Below, piece by piece: positions 1-8,700 of a stretch of DNA of 64,000 nucleotides. A model generated the notes under the pieces. It ran no database searches, had not been told where the DNA came from, and was given only the letters and a program-made list of their open reading frames with translations. Both the position numbers and the translations under genes were made by a program. The stretch is from Candidatus Aminicenantes bacterium. GTDB lineage: Bacteria; Acidobacteriota; Aminicenantia; UBA2199. The stretch's first letter is position 1, and each line of letters begins with the position of its first letter. The stretch lies in the NCBI GenBank assembly GCA_018262835.1, contig JADFDP010000002.1, forward strand, positions 34,873-98,872, read 5' to 3'.

Positions 1-206
1 GGGTCATGCTTGACAATTTTCCCCTGGAACGGGTGAGCCGGGCCGTGGCCCTGAACCGGGGGCGGGCCAAACTTGAGATCTCCGGCAATGTCACCCTGGA
101 CGACATTGCCGGCAAAGCGGCAACGGGCGTGGATTTTATTTCGGCCGGGGCCCTGACCCATTCGTTCCGCTCCCTGGATTTGAATTTGAAGATCGTGAGG
201 CCATGA
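1..206 (+). CDS. nadC: Nicotinate-nucleotide pyrophosphorylase (quinolinate phosphoribosyltransferase), C-terminal fragment truncated by the window start
   Basis: The open frame runs to the window edge. The C-terminal sequence ...GKAATGVDFISAGALTHS... resembles NadC C-termini. It sits immediately upstream of nadB with an ATGA-type overlap. Confidence 0.55.
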   Translation, partial: VMLDNFPLERVSRAVALNRGRAKLEISGNVTLDDIAGKAATGVDFISAGALTHSFRSLDLNLKIVRP

Positions 207-1784
207 ATGAAGGATTATATTGAAACTGACGTGCTGATCATCGGCGGCGGCATCGCCGGCTCCACGACCGCCTTACGGCTTGCCGAGCAGGGGATCGAGG
301 TGCTCCTGGTCTCCAAGGGCAAGGATTATACCCGCACCAACACCTACTACGCCCAGGGGGGGATCGCCGCCCTGCCGGAGGGAGAGAAGGCCGAGCTGTT
401 CGCCGGTGATATCATCAAGGCCGGGGACGAATTCAATTACCGTCCGGCGGTCGACCAGGCGGTCGGGGACTCGCGGCGCCTGGTGTGGGAGATATTGATC
501 GACAGGCTGCAGGTCCCTTTTTCAAAAAAAGGAGACCAGTACGACCTGGCCAAGGAGGGGGGGCATTCCACGCGGCGGGTGCTCAATGTCCGCGACATGA
601 CCGGGCGCGTCATCCAGGATAAATTTAATGAGGCCCTGCAGAATCTGCCCAAGCTGAAAATGCTTTTCCAGCACACGGCGGTCGACCTGCTGAGCTATCC
701 CCACCATTCGCTGAACCCGGTGCGCACCTACGAGGAGCCCAAGATCATCGGCGCCTACGTGCTCGACCAGAAGAGCAAGAAAATATCACGCATCTTCGCC
801 AGGAAAGTGGTGCTGGCTACCGGAGGGCTGAGCAGCTTGTTCCTGCATTCCACCAATCCCGAAGAAGCCATCGGCAACGGCATCGCCATGGCCTCACGCG
901 CCGGGGCGCGCCTGGCCAACCTGGAATACATCCAGTTCCATCCCACTTCGCTTTACCACCGCGAAGCCGACAGTTTCCTGATCTCCGAGGCCGTGCGCGG
1001 CGAAGGCGCGCGGCTGATGAACCTCAAGGGCGAGTATTTCATGGAAAAATACTCGCCGCTGAAGGACCTGGCCCCGCGCGATGAAGTCTCGCGGGCCATT
1101 TACGAAGAAATGATCCGCAACGGCAACGATTACGCACTGCTCGACCTGGCCTCGTTCGCCAAGATCAATATCCGTGAAAGGTTTCCGACCATATACCAGA
1201 ACTGCCTGAAATACGGCATCAACATCGAAGAGAAGCCGATCCCGGTGGTCCCGGCCGCCCATTACAGCTGCGGCGGCGTATTGTGCGACCTGCGCGGGCG
1301 CAGCAGCATCCGCAACCTCTACGCCATCGGCGAAGTTTCGGCCACGGGCGTGCACGGCGCCAACCGCCTGGCTTCGGTCTCCCTTCTGGAAGCCCTGGTC
1401 TGGGGGATTAAGGCGGCTGAGGATATCCTGGCCGTGATCGCCGACGACAGGGACCCTTACGTCATCGCCGAGGTCCCGGCCTGGAAATATCCCTATCCCC
1501 AGGAAAAGCTCGACCCGGCCCTGGTTTGGCAGGACCTGGTGACCATCAAGACCATCATGTGGAATTACAACGGCATCATCCGCACCGTCAAGCGCATGGA
1601 GCGGGCCAAGGCCGACCTGGAATACCTCAAGCACCGCATCGAGAAATTCTACCAGCAGAGCGAGATCGGCAACCGCATCATCACCCTGCGCGACAGCGTG
1701 CAGGCCGCGCTGCTCATCGTGGAAGCGGCCCTGCGCAATCGCTTTTCGCGCGGCGCCCACTTCATCAAGGGCGACGAAAGCTAG
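207..1784 (+). CDS. nadB: L-aspartate oxidase
   Basis: 525 aa. N-terminal FAD dinucleotide-binding motif DVLIIGGGIAGSTTA. The protein shows succinate dehydrogenase/fumarate reductase flavoprotein-like architecture throughout. It follows a nadC-like gene. Confidence 0.9.
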   Translation: MKDYIETDVLIIGGGIAGSTTALRLAEQGIEVLLVSKGKDYTRTNTYYAQGGIAALPEGEKAELFAGDIIKAGDEFNYRPAVDQAVGDSRRLVWEILIDRLQVPFSKKGDQYDLAKEGGHSTRRVLNVRDMTGRVIQDKFNEALQNLPKLKMLFQHTAVDLLSYPHHSLNPVRTYEEPKIIGAYVLDQKSKKISRIFARKVVLATGGLSSLFLHSTNPEEAIGNGIAMASRAGARLANLEYIQFHPTSLYHREADSFLISEAVRGEGARLMNLKGEYFMEKYSPLKDLAPRDEVSRAIYEEMIRNGNDYALLDLASFAKINIRERFPTIYQNCLKYGINIEEKPIPVVPAAHYSCGGVLCDLRGRSSIRNLYAIGEVSATGVHGANRLASVSLLEALVWGIKAAEDILAVIADDRDPYVIAEVPAWKYPYPQEKLDPALVWQDLVTIKTIMWNYNGIIRTVKRMERAKADLEYLKHRIEKFYQQSEIGNRIITLRDSVQAALLIVEAALRNRFSRGAHFIKGDES

Positions 1785-1920
1785 CCGCCGAGGAGCTTGT
1801 TGACCGCCCCGTGTTTCTTTTCAGGGAAAGCGGATCACGGCGAAAAAAAATTTCCTGACAATTTTCATTTTGAGATTTATCAGCGTATATTCGTATTCAT
1901 CAGTATGACAAGGAGGGAAT

Positions 1921-2436
1921 ATGAAGAAAAACAATCTATGGGGATCGCTGGTATTGCTGATCATCGTGATCTGGCTGTTTCCTGGGTTTCTCTTGTCCGG
2001 CCTGGATCAGCCGAAGATCCACAAGGAGCTGGTTAAAGTCCCCTACCCAAATCCGACCCCGGTCCTTAAAGCCACGATGCGCACCACTGCCGGCCACGGG
2101 TGCTGCTGGAACCCCTCCGACCCCAGCCCCCTGGAGTCGATCGTTGTTGCTTTCTTCGACACGGATATCATTGAGTTGAAGAATTTCGGTTTGCTCTCCG
2201 CTAAAAAGGGAACATTGATCGTGGAATGGTATGATCTCTATGAGAAAAAAAAGATGGAAAAGGCCTTTGATTTTCTGGAGGTCACGCCGGGCGAGTCGAA
2301 GATCCTGATCTTCAACCCGCAGTACATCATCGCCAAAAAAAGTGAAGGCATCAGTATCAGGATCGATTACAAGGATGCCGCGAATAAAAACTATCATTAT
2401 CAGCGCACGGTGACCAGCTGCCCGGATCATTTTTAA
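1921..2436 (+). CDS. Hypothetical secreted or membrane-anchored protein
   Basis: 171 aa with an N-terminal hydrophobic helix (LWGSLVLLIIVIWLFPGFLL). A strong RBS (aggaggg) precedes the ATG. I recognise no domain. Confidence 0.5.
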   Translation: MKKNNLWGSLVLLIIVIWLFPGFLLSGLDQPKIHKELVKVPYPNPTPVLKATMRTTAGHGCCWNPSDPSPLESIVVAFFDTDIIELKNFGLLSAKKGTLIVEWYDLYEKKKMEKAFDFLEVTPGESKILIFNPQYIIAKKSEGISIRIDYKDAANKNYHYQRTVTSCPDHF

Positions 2437-2695
2437 AGGGCATTTTTAACTGGGATACGGTTCGCTCAGAAAGGCCGTGATTTCCCGCGGCGGGTAGCGC
2501 CGGCCGCGCGTTAAAGGTATCCCAGCGTTTTCATCTCTTCGATCTCGCCGGCCGGCAGCTTTTGCAGGTTCATTCCTGTCGAAAAATCCTTGGGGTCGCG
2601 AAAACGGCCGTACCAGTTCAGAAAACGGGCTGTGAAATAATCCGCCAACTGCGGGAAGCGGCGGCTGACTTCTTTTCATCGCCGTCGACCGGCGG

Positions 2696-4489
2696 TTACT
2701 CCTCGAGCTCGAGCGCGGCCAGGAAGGCTTCCTGGGGGATGTCGATCTTGCCGATGCGCTTCATGCGCTTCTTGCCTTTCTTCTGCTTTTCCAGCAGCTT
2801 CATCTTGCGCGAGATGTCGCCGCCGTAGCACTTGGCCAAAACGTTCTTGCGCATGGCCTTGACCACGGTCTTGGCGATGACCCGCTTGTTGATGGCCGCC
2901 TGGATGACGACTTCGAAGAGCTGGCGGGGGATCACCTCTTTCATCTTGCTGGTCAGGAGGTTGCCGACGTTGTAGGCCTTGTCCTTGTGGACAATGACGG
3001 CCAGGGCGTCGACCGGCTGCTGGTTGATCAGGATGTCGAGCTTGACCAGCGGCGATTCGCGGTAGTCCTTCAGCTCGTAATCGAACGACGCGTACCCCTG
3101 CGAAATGGATTTCAGCTTGTTGAAAAAATCGTAAAGCACCTCAGCCAGAGGCAGGTCGTAGGTCAGGTAAACTCGCTGCGGGCCGATGTATTCCATTTTT
3201 TTATGGACGCCGCGGCGGTTCTGCAGCAGCTTCAGCACGTTGCCCAGGAATTCGTCGGGAGTGATGACGATGGCCTCGATGTACGGTTCTTCGATCTTCT
3301 TGTAATACTGCGGGTTGGGCAGCTGGGCCGGCGATTCGATCTCGTAGGTCTCGTCCTTGTTCGAGGTGATGCGGTAGCGCACCGATGGGGCGGTGGTGAT
3401 GATGGAAAGGAAATACTCCCGTTCCAGGCGCTCCTGGACGATCTCCTTGTGCAGCAGTCCCAGGAAGCCGCAGCGAAAGCCGATGCCCAAAGCCGGCGAC
3501 GATTCCGGTTCGTAGGTCAGGGAGGAATCGTTCAGGGTAAGCTTTTCAATGGCCTCGCGCAGTTCTTCATGGCTGGTGCCCTCGGAAGGGTAGAAGCCGG
3601 CAAAAACCATGGGCAGAGGCTCCTTGAATCCGGGAAGGGCAATCACCCCGGTCTCCCTGGACAGGGTGACGGTATCGCCGATCTTGACTTCCGAGATGTT
3701 CTTGATGCTGGCGATGATGTAGCCGACTTCGCCGGCTTCCAAGCTGTCCAAGGGCTTTGGCTTCGGGGTATTGACTCCCACTTCGTTGATCTCGTATTCG
3801 GCGTTGTTGGACAGGAACTTGATCTTGTCGCCCTTTTTCATGATGCCGTCGATGATCTTGATCAGGATGATCACGCCGCGGTAGGAGTCAAACCAGGAAT
3901 CAAAAATCAAGGCCTGCAGGGGCCGTAGCGGATCGCCGGACGGTGCCGGGATACGCTGGATGATGGCCGGGATGATCTCGTCGATGCCTAGCCCGGTCTT
4001 GGCCGATACCATCAGCGCCTCCTGGCGCGGGATGCCCAGGATGTTTTCCATCTGCTCAAGGGATTTGTCCAGTTCGTTGTTCGGCAGATCGATCTTGTTC
4101 ATGATCGGGATCAGGGTCAGGTCGTTTTCCATGGCCAGGTAGGTGTTGGCCACGGTCTGGGCTTCCACGCCTTGCGTAGAATCGATGACCAGCAGAGCAC
4201 CTTCGCAGGCGGCCAGGGAGCGGGATACCTCGTAGGTGAAATCGATATGTCCCGGCGTGTCGATCAGGTTGAGCAGATATTCCTGGCCCTGGTCGTCACG
4301 GTACTCCAGGCGGACAAAATGTGATTTGATGGTGATGCCGCGCTCACGTTCCAGGTCCATGGAGTCGAGCACCTGCTCCTGCATGTCGCGCTTGGCGATG
4401 GCATGGGTGATTTCCAACAGGCGGTCCGAAAGGGTCGTCTTGCCGTGGTCGATATGGGCGATGATGGAAAAATTGCGGATATTTTTCAT
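2696..4489 (-). CDS. lepA: Translation elongation factor 4 (LepA)
   Basis: 597 aa. G-domain motifs are present: [24 protein letters not shown]. LepA-type length and C-terminal domain. Confidence 0.95.
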   Translation of the reverse strand: MKNIRNFSIIAHIDHGKTTLSDRLLEITHAIAKRDMQEQVLDSMDLERERGITIKSHFVRLEYRDDQGQEYLLNLIDTPGHIDFTYEVSRSLAACEGALLVIDSTQGVEAQTVANTYLAMENDLTLIPIMNKIDLPNNELDKSLEQMENILGIPRQEALMVSAKTGLGIDEIIPAIIQRIPAPSGDPLRPLQALIFDSWFDSYRGVIILIKIIDGIMKKGDKIKFLSNNAEYEINEVGVNTPKPKPLDSLEAGEVGYIIASIKNISEVKIGDTVTLSRETGVIALPGFKEPLPMVFAGFYPSEGTSHEELREAIEKLTLNDSSLTYEPESSPALGIGFRCGFLGLLHKEIVQERLEREYFLSIITTAPSVRYRITSNKDETYEIESPAQLPNPQYYKKIEEPYIEAIVITPDEFLGNVLKLLQNRRGVHKKMEYIGPQRVYLTYDLPLAEVLYDFFNKLKSISQGYASFDYELKDYRESPLVKLDILINQQPVDALAVIVHKDKAYNVGNLLTSKMKEVIPRQLFEVVIQAAINKRVIAKTVVKAMRKNVLAKCYGGDISRKMKLLEKQKKGKKRMKRIGKIDIPQEAFLAALELEE

Positions 4490-5409
4490 GGCCGTACCGT
4501 CCCGCTATGAGGGGGCAGCATCCCGATGGCCAGGGCGGCGGCTCCGGTCATGCCGGCGCGGTTGCCCAGCCCGGCAGGTTCGATGCGCGTGCAGGCGTAC
4601 GCTTTGCGGATGACCCGGCGCGACAGTTCTTCCCGGGCCGGTTGGAGCAGGGCTTCTCCGGCCGCGGCCACGCCGCCGCCGATGGAAATCCTTTCCGGAT
4701 TGAGCGTGGTGACCAGCTGGTAGAGCAAAACCCCAAGATAGGAGCCGGCGCGGGCGAATGCCCGTCGCGCCGGCTCGACGCCCTCCTGCCACAGCTGAAA
4801 AACGTCTTTGGCGCTGACGGCTGTCGCGGATCCCGAGTACTCCTGGAAACTTTTTATTATCCCCGCTTCAGAGCTTTCGGTCTCGGCGCAGCCGAGATTG
4901 CCGCAGCCGCAGGTACGGCCCTGGCTGTTGACCAGCAGGTGGCCGAGCTCGGCGGCAAAACCGCAGGCGCCGTGCCAGATGCGACCGTCCAGGATGATGC
5001 CCGAGCCAATGCCGCTGCCCAGGGTCAGGTGCACGAAACTGGACGGGCGCGGTTCGCGTAAACTCAGGAACTCTCCCAGCGCGGCCGCGTTGGCGTCGTT
5101 TTCCACCCGCAACGGCAGTTCCAGTCCGGCAGCGATCTCTTTTTCCAGGGCCACGCCGTTGAGAAAAAGCATGTTGGGTGATATTTCGATGGTGCGTTCA
5201 CCTTTGGCGATGAAACCGGGAACGCCGATGCCGGCGGCCCGCAGGTCATGGGCCTTTATCAATCTGCCGGCGATGTCCAGGATCTGGGCTTTCAATTCAG
5301 GGCAGGATTTGGCCGTTTTTTCTTCAGCGGAAAAAAGCGGCTGCAGAGTTCCGGAAAACACCCCGTATTTAATGGCGCCGGCGCCGATGTCCATGCCCAG
5401 AACGTTCAT
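4486..5409 (-). CDS. ROK-family sugar kinase (glucokinase-like)
   Basis: 307 aa. N-terminal ATPase motif [11 protein letters not shown] zinc-binding signature ...CGCGNLGC... There is a 4-nt overlap with lepA. Confidence 0.8.
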   Translation of the reverse strand: MNVLGMDIGAGAIKYGVFSGTLQPLFSAEEKTAKSCPELKAQILDIAGRLIKAHDLRAAGIGVPGFIAKGERTIEISPNMLFLNGVALEKEIAAGLELPLRVENDANAAALGEFLSLREPRPSSFVHLTLGSGIGSGIILDGRIWHGACGFAAELGHLLVNSQGRTCGCGNLGCAETESSEAGIIKSFQEYSGSATAVSAKDVFQLWQEGVEPARRAFARAGSYLGVLLYQLVTTLNPERISIGGGVAAAGEALLQPAREELSRRVIRKAYACTRIEPAGLGNRAGMTGAAALAIGMLPPHSGTVRP

Positions 5410-6476
5410 GGGCGAATGCCTTTGACGGCGTACTCGCAGGCGGAAAAAAGCAGCTGGTTCAGGCGATCAACGTTGACGTTGAACGGCCTGGCCAGGGGGT
5501 CGGTGGGCGCGAGCTCTTCAAGTTTTTCCGCCATGGGTTCGGCGCCGTAGAGGATTTCCACGGACGAAAAACCGGAATTTTCCAGCAAATAGCGCATGTA
5601 TTCCGGGTGCAGGGGGCTGTGGTGGGTGGGATCGAGGAAATAGATCCGGCTCAAGGCGAAAACGCTGAGCGGGTTGATGGTTTCCAGCAGCAGGATCGCT
5701 CCCGGGCGCAGGACGCGAAAAGCTTCACTGATGACGCGGCGCAGGTAGTCGGGCTGGAAGTGCTCGATGACCTGGGAGGAAAATATGCCGTCCAGGGACG
5801 CCGCGGGCCTGTTTTTCAAAAATTGCAGGGCATCGGCTTTTGCGCAGTCCAGGCCTTGGGCGTGCGCCTCCTCCAGCATGGAATCGGAAAGGTCCAGGCC
5901 CAGGGCTTGCTGGCCGTTGTTTTTCAGCAGGGTCAAAAATTCGCCGCGGCCGCAGCCGACGTCCAGGATTTCCCGGCGCCCGGCGAACAGGGGCAGGTAT
6001 TTGGCCAGCCGGAGCGAAATTTCCTCGCGGCTGCCGCGGAAGCGCTTTTCGAAATCGGCGTACTGGATGGGGGAAAGCTGTTCCTTGAGCGAGCGCAGCT
6101 CGGCTGTGGTCTCCGGGGCTGCCTTGCCGTCAAGGGATTCCAGGAGGCGGTCCAGCCTGTTTTCCAGCTGGGCGAAATGGACCAGCAGGGTCTTGAGGTT
6201 GGAGTATTCGGCCTCCAGTTTTTCGATCTTCCATTGCAGCGACTTGAAGACCGTGGTGGAATGGTTGCTGGCGTAGGCGTCCCATTCCTTGTCCTGGGCG
6301 GTGATGAAAAGCTCCAGCGCTTCCTGGAAACGGGAGACGTTGGCCTGGATCTCGGCTTCGTTCTTTTTGAAGAGTCCCGGCTTGGAAACGGCGGCGGCCA
6401 GGTCGTTCAAACTGGCTTTCAGTTCATCCCGACGGGTCTTCCTCTTTTCGATCAGGTCTTCAATTACCCTTCTCAT
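5406..6476 (-). CDS. Class I SAM-dependent methyltransferase with a roughly 170-aa N-terminal coiled-coil region
   Basis: SAM-binding motif [11 protein letters not shown] followed by a Methyltransf_11/23-like core. The N-terminal half is heptad-rich and predicted coiled-coil. Confidence 0.7.
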   Translation of the reverse strand: MRRVIEDLIEKRKTRRDELKASLNDLAAAVSKPGLFKKNEAEIQANVSRFQEALELFITAQDKEWDAYASNHSTTVFKSLQWKIEKLEAEYSNLKTLLVHFAQLENRLDRLLESLDGKAAPETTAELRSLKEQLSPIQYADFEKRFRGSREEISLRLAKYLPLFAGRREILDVGCGRGEFLTLLKNNGQQALGLDLSDSMLEEAHAQGLDCAKADALQFLKNRPAASLDGIFSSQVIEHFQPDYLRRVISEAFRVLRPGAILLLETINPLSVFALSRIYFLDPTHHSPLHPEYMRYLLENSGFSSVEILYGAEPMAEKLEELAPTDPLARPFNVNVDRLNQLLFSACEYAVKGIRP

Positions 6477-6642
6477 CCTTGGATTTTTCTTCGTTCTTGT
6501 CTTCGCCCTTGACAGCGTTCTTGAAGTTCTTGATGCCCTGGCCCAGGCCCTTGCCCAGTTCGGGGAGCTTCTTGCCGCCGAAAAGCAGGGCGATGACGAC
6601 CACTATCAGCAATATTTCCCAGATTCCCAAGCTTCCAAACAT
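6460..6642 (-). CDS. tatA: Twin-arginine translocase subunit TatA/E
   Basis: 60 aa. [41 protein letters not shown] is a canonical TatA N-terminal TM helix plus amphipathic helix. Confidence 0.85.
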   Translation of the reverse strand: MFGSLGIWEILLIVVVIALLFGGKKLPELGKGLGQGIKNFKNAVKGEDKNEEKSKDEKGN

Positions 6643-6779
6643 GTTGGTCTCCTTATGCCTGTATTATATGTGGGAAACCCTGTTCAGTCAAGGGAATAAA
6701 GATGAGATTCGATGTTCGACGTTCGAAGTTCGATGTTAAAATGCCATAAATGAGATAATCTTCAGTTATCCAGCGGGCA

Positions 6780-6954
6780 AGTCTGCCCTGAGTGAACGTG
6801 GGGTGAGGACTTGGGACCCGCTGGGGAGAGGGCGAGTGGTCCCCGCAGGGGGTTCCTCGATGTTCAGATTCGAACCCACTGCTGAAACGAAGCCCGAACC
6901 CCCGCGCGGGTAAGACCGAATCCCCTAGTGAATGAAGGGCAGCTTGCCCGCTGG
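6780..6954. other. 175-nt structured element closed by a perfect 12-bp inverted repeat; candidate small RNA or miniature inverted-repeat element
   Basis: ccagcgggcaag at 6780-6791 is the exact reverse complement of cttgcccgctgg at 6943-6954. Nested complementary segments are present (gggacc/ggtccc, ctgccct/agggcag). No ORF is present. It lies in the divergent intergenic region between tatA and the DUF4234 gene. Confidence 0.35.
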
Positions 6955-7011
6955 CTTACTACGTTGCATTTTTTAATGATTTCTTTTATAGTAGCGGGGA
7001 ACTAAAAGGAG

Positions 7012-7386
7012 GTGGCCATGAGCGAGGTGACCCAGGATGTTAGACGCATTCCCTATTTTAAAAACGATCCTTTCATCGTGCTGCTGCTGGGCTTCGTCAC
7101 CTGCGGCCTTTATCTGATCTATTGGAACATCAAAATGGCCGAAGTGGTCAACGCCGTGGTGGAAAAGCAGGTGATCACCCCTCCCGTCGCCATTTTTTCC
7201 GGCTGCTGCTTCCCGGTCAACCTCTACTTTTACTACCTGGTCGGCCAGAACCTGGAAGTGATCGGCCGCAAGGTCGGCAATCCCAGCCTGCAGGACCAGT
7301 CGGTGCTGCTGATCGTGCTCGGATTCTTCGCGCCCATGGTCTCGGCCATGATCGTCCAGGGTGAAATTAACAAGCTTTATAACTGA
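7012..7386 (+). CDS. DUF4234-family small membrane protein
   Basis: 124 aa with two predicted TM helices. The TCGLYLIYW motif matches the DUF4234 TCGIY..YW signature. Confidence 0.6.
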   Translation: MAMSEVTQDVRRIPYFKNDPFIVLLLGFVTCGLYLIYWNIKMAEVVNAVVEKQVITPPVAIFSGCCFPVNLYFYYLVGQNLEVIGRKVGNPSLQDQSVLLIVLGFFAPMVSAMIVQGEINKLYN

Positions 7387-7858
7387 GAGCCGGCATAGCT
7401 TTTACTGGCCGCGGCTGCTGGCCCTGGGCCTGCTGGCCGGAGTGCTGCTGCTGCCCCTGCTGGCTTTCGACTGGGTGAATTCGCCCGGCTCTTTGGTCTT
7501 GTGCCCGCTGCGGGCCGTGACCGGTATCCCCTGCCCATCTTGCGGCTTGACCCGCGCCCTGGCCCACCTCGAGCACGGCCACTGGGCCGAGGCGGTGCGC
7601 TTCCACCCTTTCGCCCCCCTGGTCTTTTTGCTGGTCCTGGCTTTGGCCCTGATGCTGGCTTTCGAACTGGTCACCGGCAAAACCGTCATCGGCAACCCGC
7701 TGCGGGACCGGCGCGACGTCTGGCTGGTCTTTGCCGGCCTGGTCGTTTTCCAGGTGGCGCGCACGGTCATTTTCTTCCTGGACGGCGGCTGGACCGTGTT
7801 CTGGCACGAAAACCTTTTCGCCCGGATTATGGCGCTGCTCAAAACGGTTTTTAATTGA
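7361..7858 (+). CDS. DUF2752-family membrane protein
   Basis: The CPLRAVTGIPCPSCGLTRA motif is the DUF2752 CPxCGxTR signature. It is polytopic and overlaps the preceding DUF4234 gene by 26 nt. Confidence 0.6.
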   Translation: MKLTSFITESRHSFYWPRLLALGLLAGVLLLPLLAFDWVNSPGSLVLCPLRAVTGIPCPSCGLTRALAHLEHGHWAEAVRFHPFAPLVFLLVLALALMLAFELVTGKTVIGNPLRDRRDVWLVFAGLVVFQVARTVIFFLDGGWTVFWHENLFARIMALLKTVFN

Positions 7859-7911
7859 CTTTTTGTTTCTTTTGGAGTATCTATGTTTTTGAATATCCAC
7901 AGGAGGCAAAG

Positions 7912-8517
7912 ATGAATTTAGTTGAAAGAGCAAAAAACATTCTGCTGACACCGGCCAAGGAATGGGAAGTGATCAAGGGCGAGAACCTGACTATCGCCGA
8001 CATGTTCACCAAGTACGCCATGATCCTGGCCGCCATTCCCGCCATTGCCGGCTTCATCGGCTATGTCGTGATCGGCATGTCCTTTGGCGGTTTCGGCACT
8101 TTCCGCATGCCTTTCGGCACTGCCCTGATCTGGGCGATCCTGACATACATCCTGTCACTGGGCGGGATCTTCCTGCTGGCTTTCATCATTGATGCTTTGG
8201 CGCCCTCTTTCGGTTGTACGAAAGACATGACCGCCGCGGTCAAGATCGTTGTCTTCTCCTATACCGCAGCCTGGGTGGCGGGCATTTTGAACATCATCCC
8301 GGCTCTGGCCATCCTGGTCAGCCTGGCCAGCATTTACTCGTTGTACCTCATGTACATGGGCATGCAGAAGATCAAGGATGTCCCCAAGGACAAAATGATG
8401 GGGTATTTCGTGGTGACCATCATCGCCGCCATTGTGGTCTTCTTCATCATCGGTTTTGTCGTAAGCCGCGTGGCTTTCGGCAGCATGGCCGGTTTGGCCG
8501 GAGTGAGCGGTTTTTAA
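7912..8517 (+). CDS. Yip1-domain membrane protein
   Basis: RBS aggagg at 7901-7906 precedes ATG at 7912. It has a hydrophilic N-terminus followed by five predicted TM helices with Yip1-like topology. The upstream in-frame extension (from 7855) lacks an RBS. Confidence 0.6.
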   Translation: MNLVERAKNILLTPAKEWEVIKGENLTIADMFTKYAMILAAIPAIAGFIGYVVIGMSFGGFGTFRMPFGTALIWAILTYILSLGGIFLLAFIIDALAPSFGCTKDMTAAVKIVVFSYTAAWVAGILNIIPALAILVSLASIYSLYLMYMGMQKIKDVPKDKMMGYFVVTIIAAIVVFFIIGFVVSRVAFGSMAGLAGVSGF

Positions 8518-8545
8518 TTCTTTCCGTCCGATCGCTGCATCATGA

Positions 8546-8578
8546 CCGGGCCGGCACACCGTCGGCCCGGTTTTTTAT
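8546..8578 (+). terminator. Rho-independent terminator after the Yip1 gene
   Basis: accgggccg (8546-8554) and cggcccggt (8564-8572) form a 9-bp GC stem, followed by a T6 run. Confidence 0.6.
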
Positions 8579-8700
8579 TTCTCTCTTCATCCGTGGCCAT
8601 GGGTTTGTCCCGGCCGCAATTTTTTCTTTTTTTGCCTGGAATCGTTCGGATTTGAACTTGGGCGGTTGAAATTCATTTTTTTTTCGCCTAGAATGCCGGC

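Noticed and set aside
894-1760. 288-aa minus-strand ORF inside nadB
   Set aside because: It is antisense to a strongly supported FAD-dependent L-aspartate oxidase. It is a GC-rich antisense artefact.
2446-2679. 77-aa minus-strand ORF downstream of lepA
   Set aside because: It has an R/P/G-rich improbable composition. A different frame over the same DNA reads far more protein-like (see the finding at 2511-2650).
2987-3928. 313-aa plus-strand ORF inside lepA
   Set aside because: It is antisense to lepA, which has unmistakable GTPase motifs. It has no motifs of its own.
6850-6890. tRNA-like T-loop motif (gggttcgaatc on the minus strand)
   Set aside because: The flanking bases do not form a T-stem, and no acceptor or anticodon arms can be drawn. 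It is part of the larger element bounded by inverted repeats.
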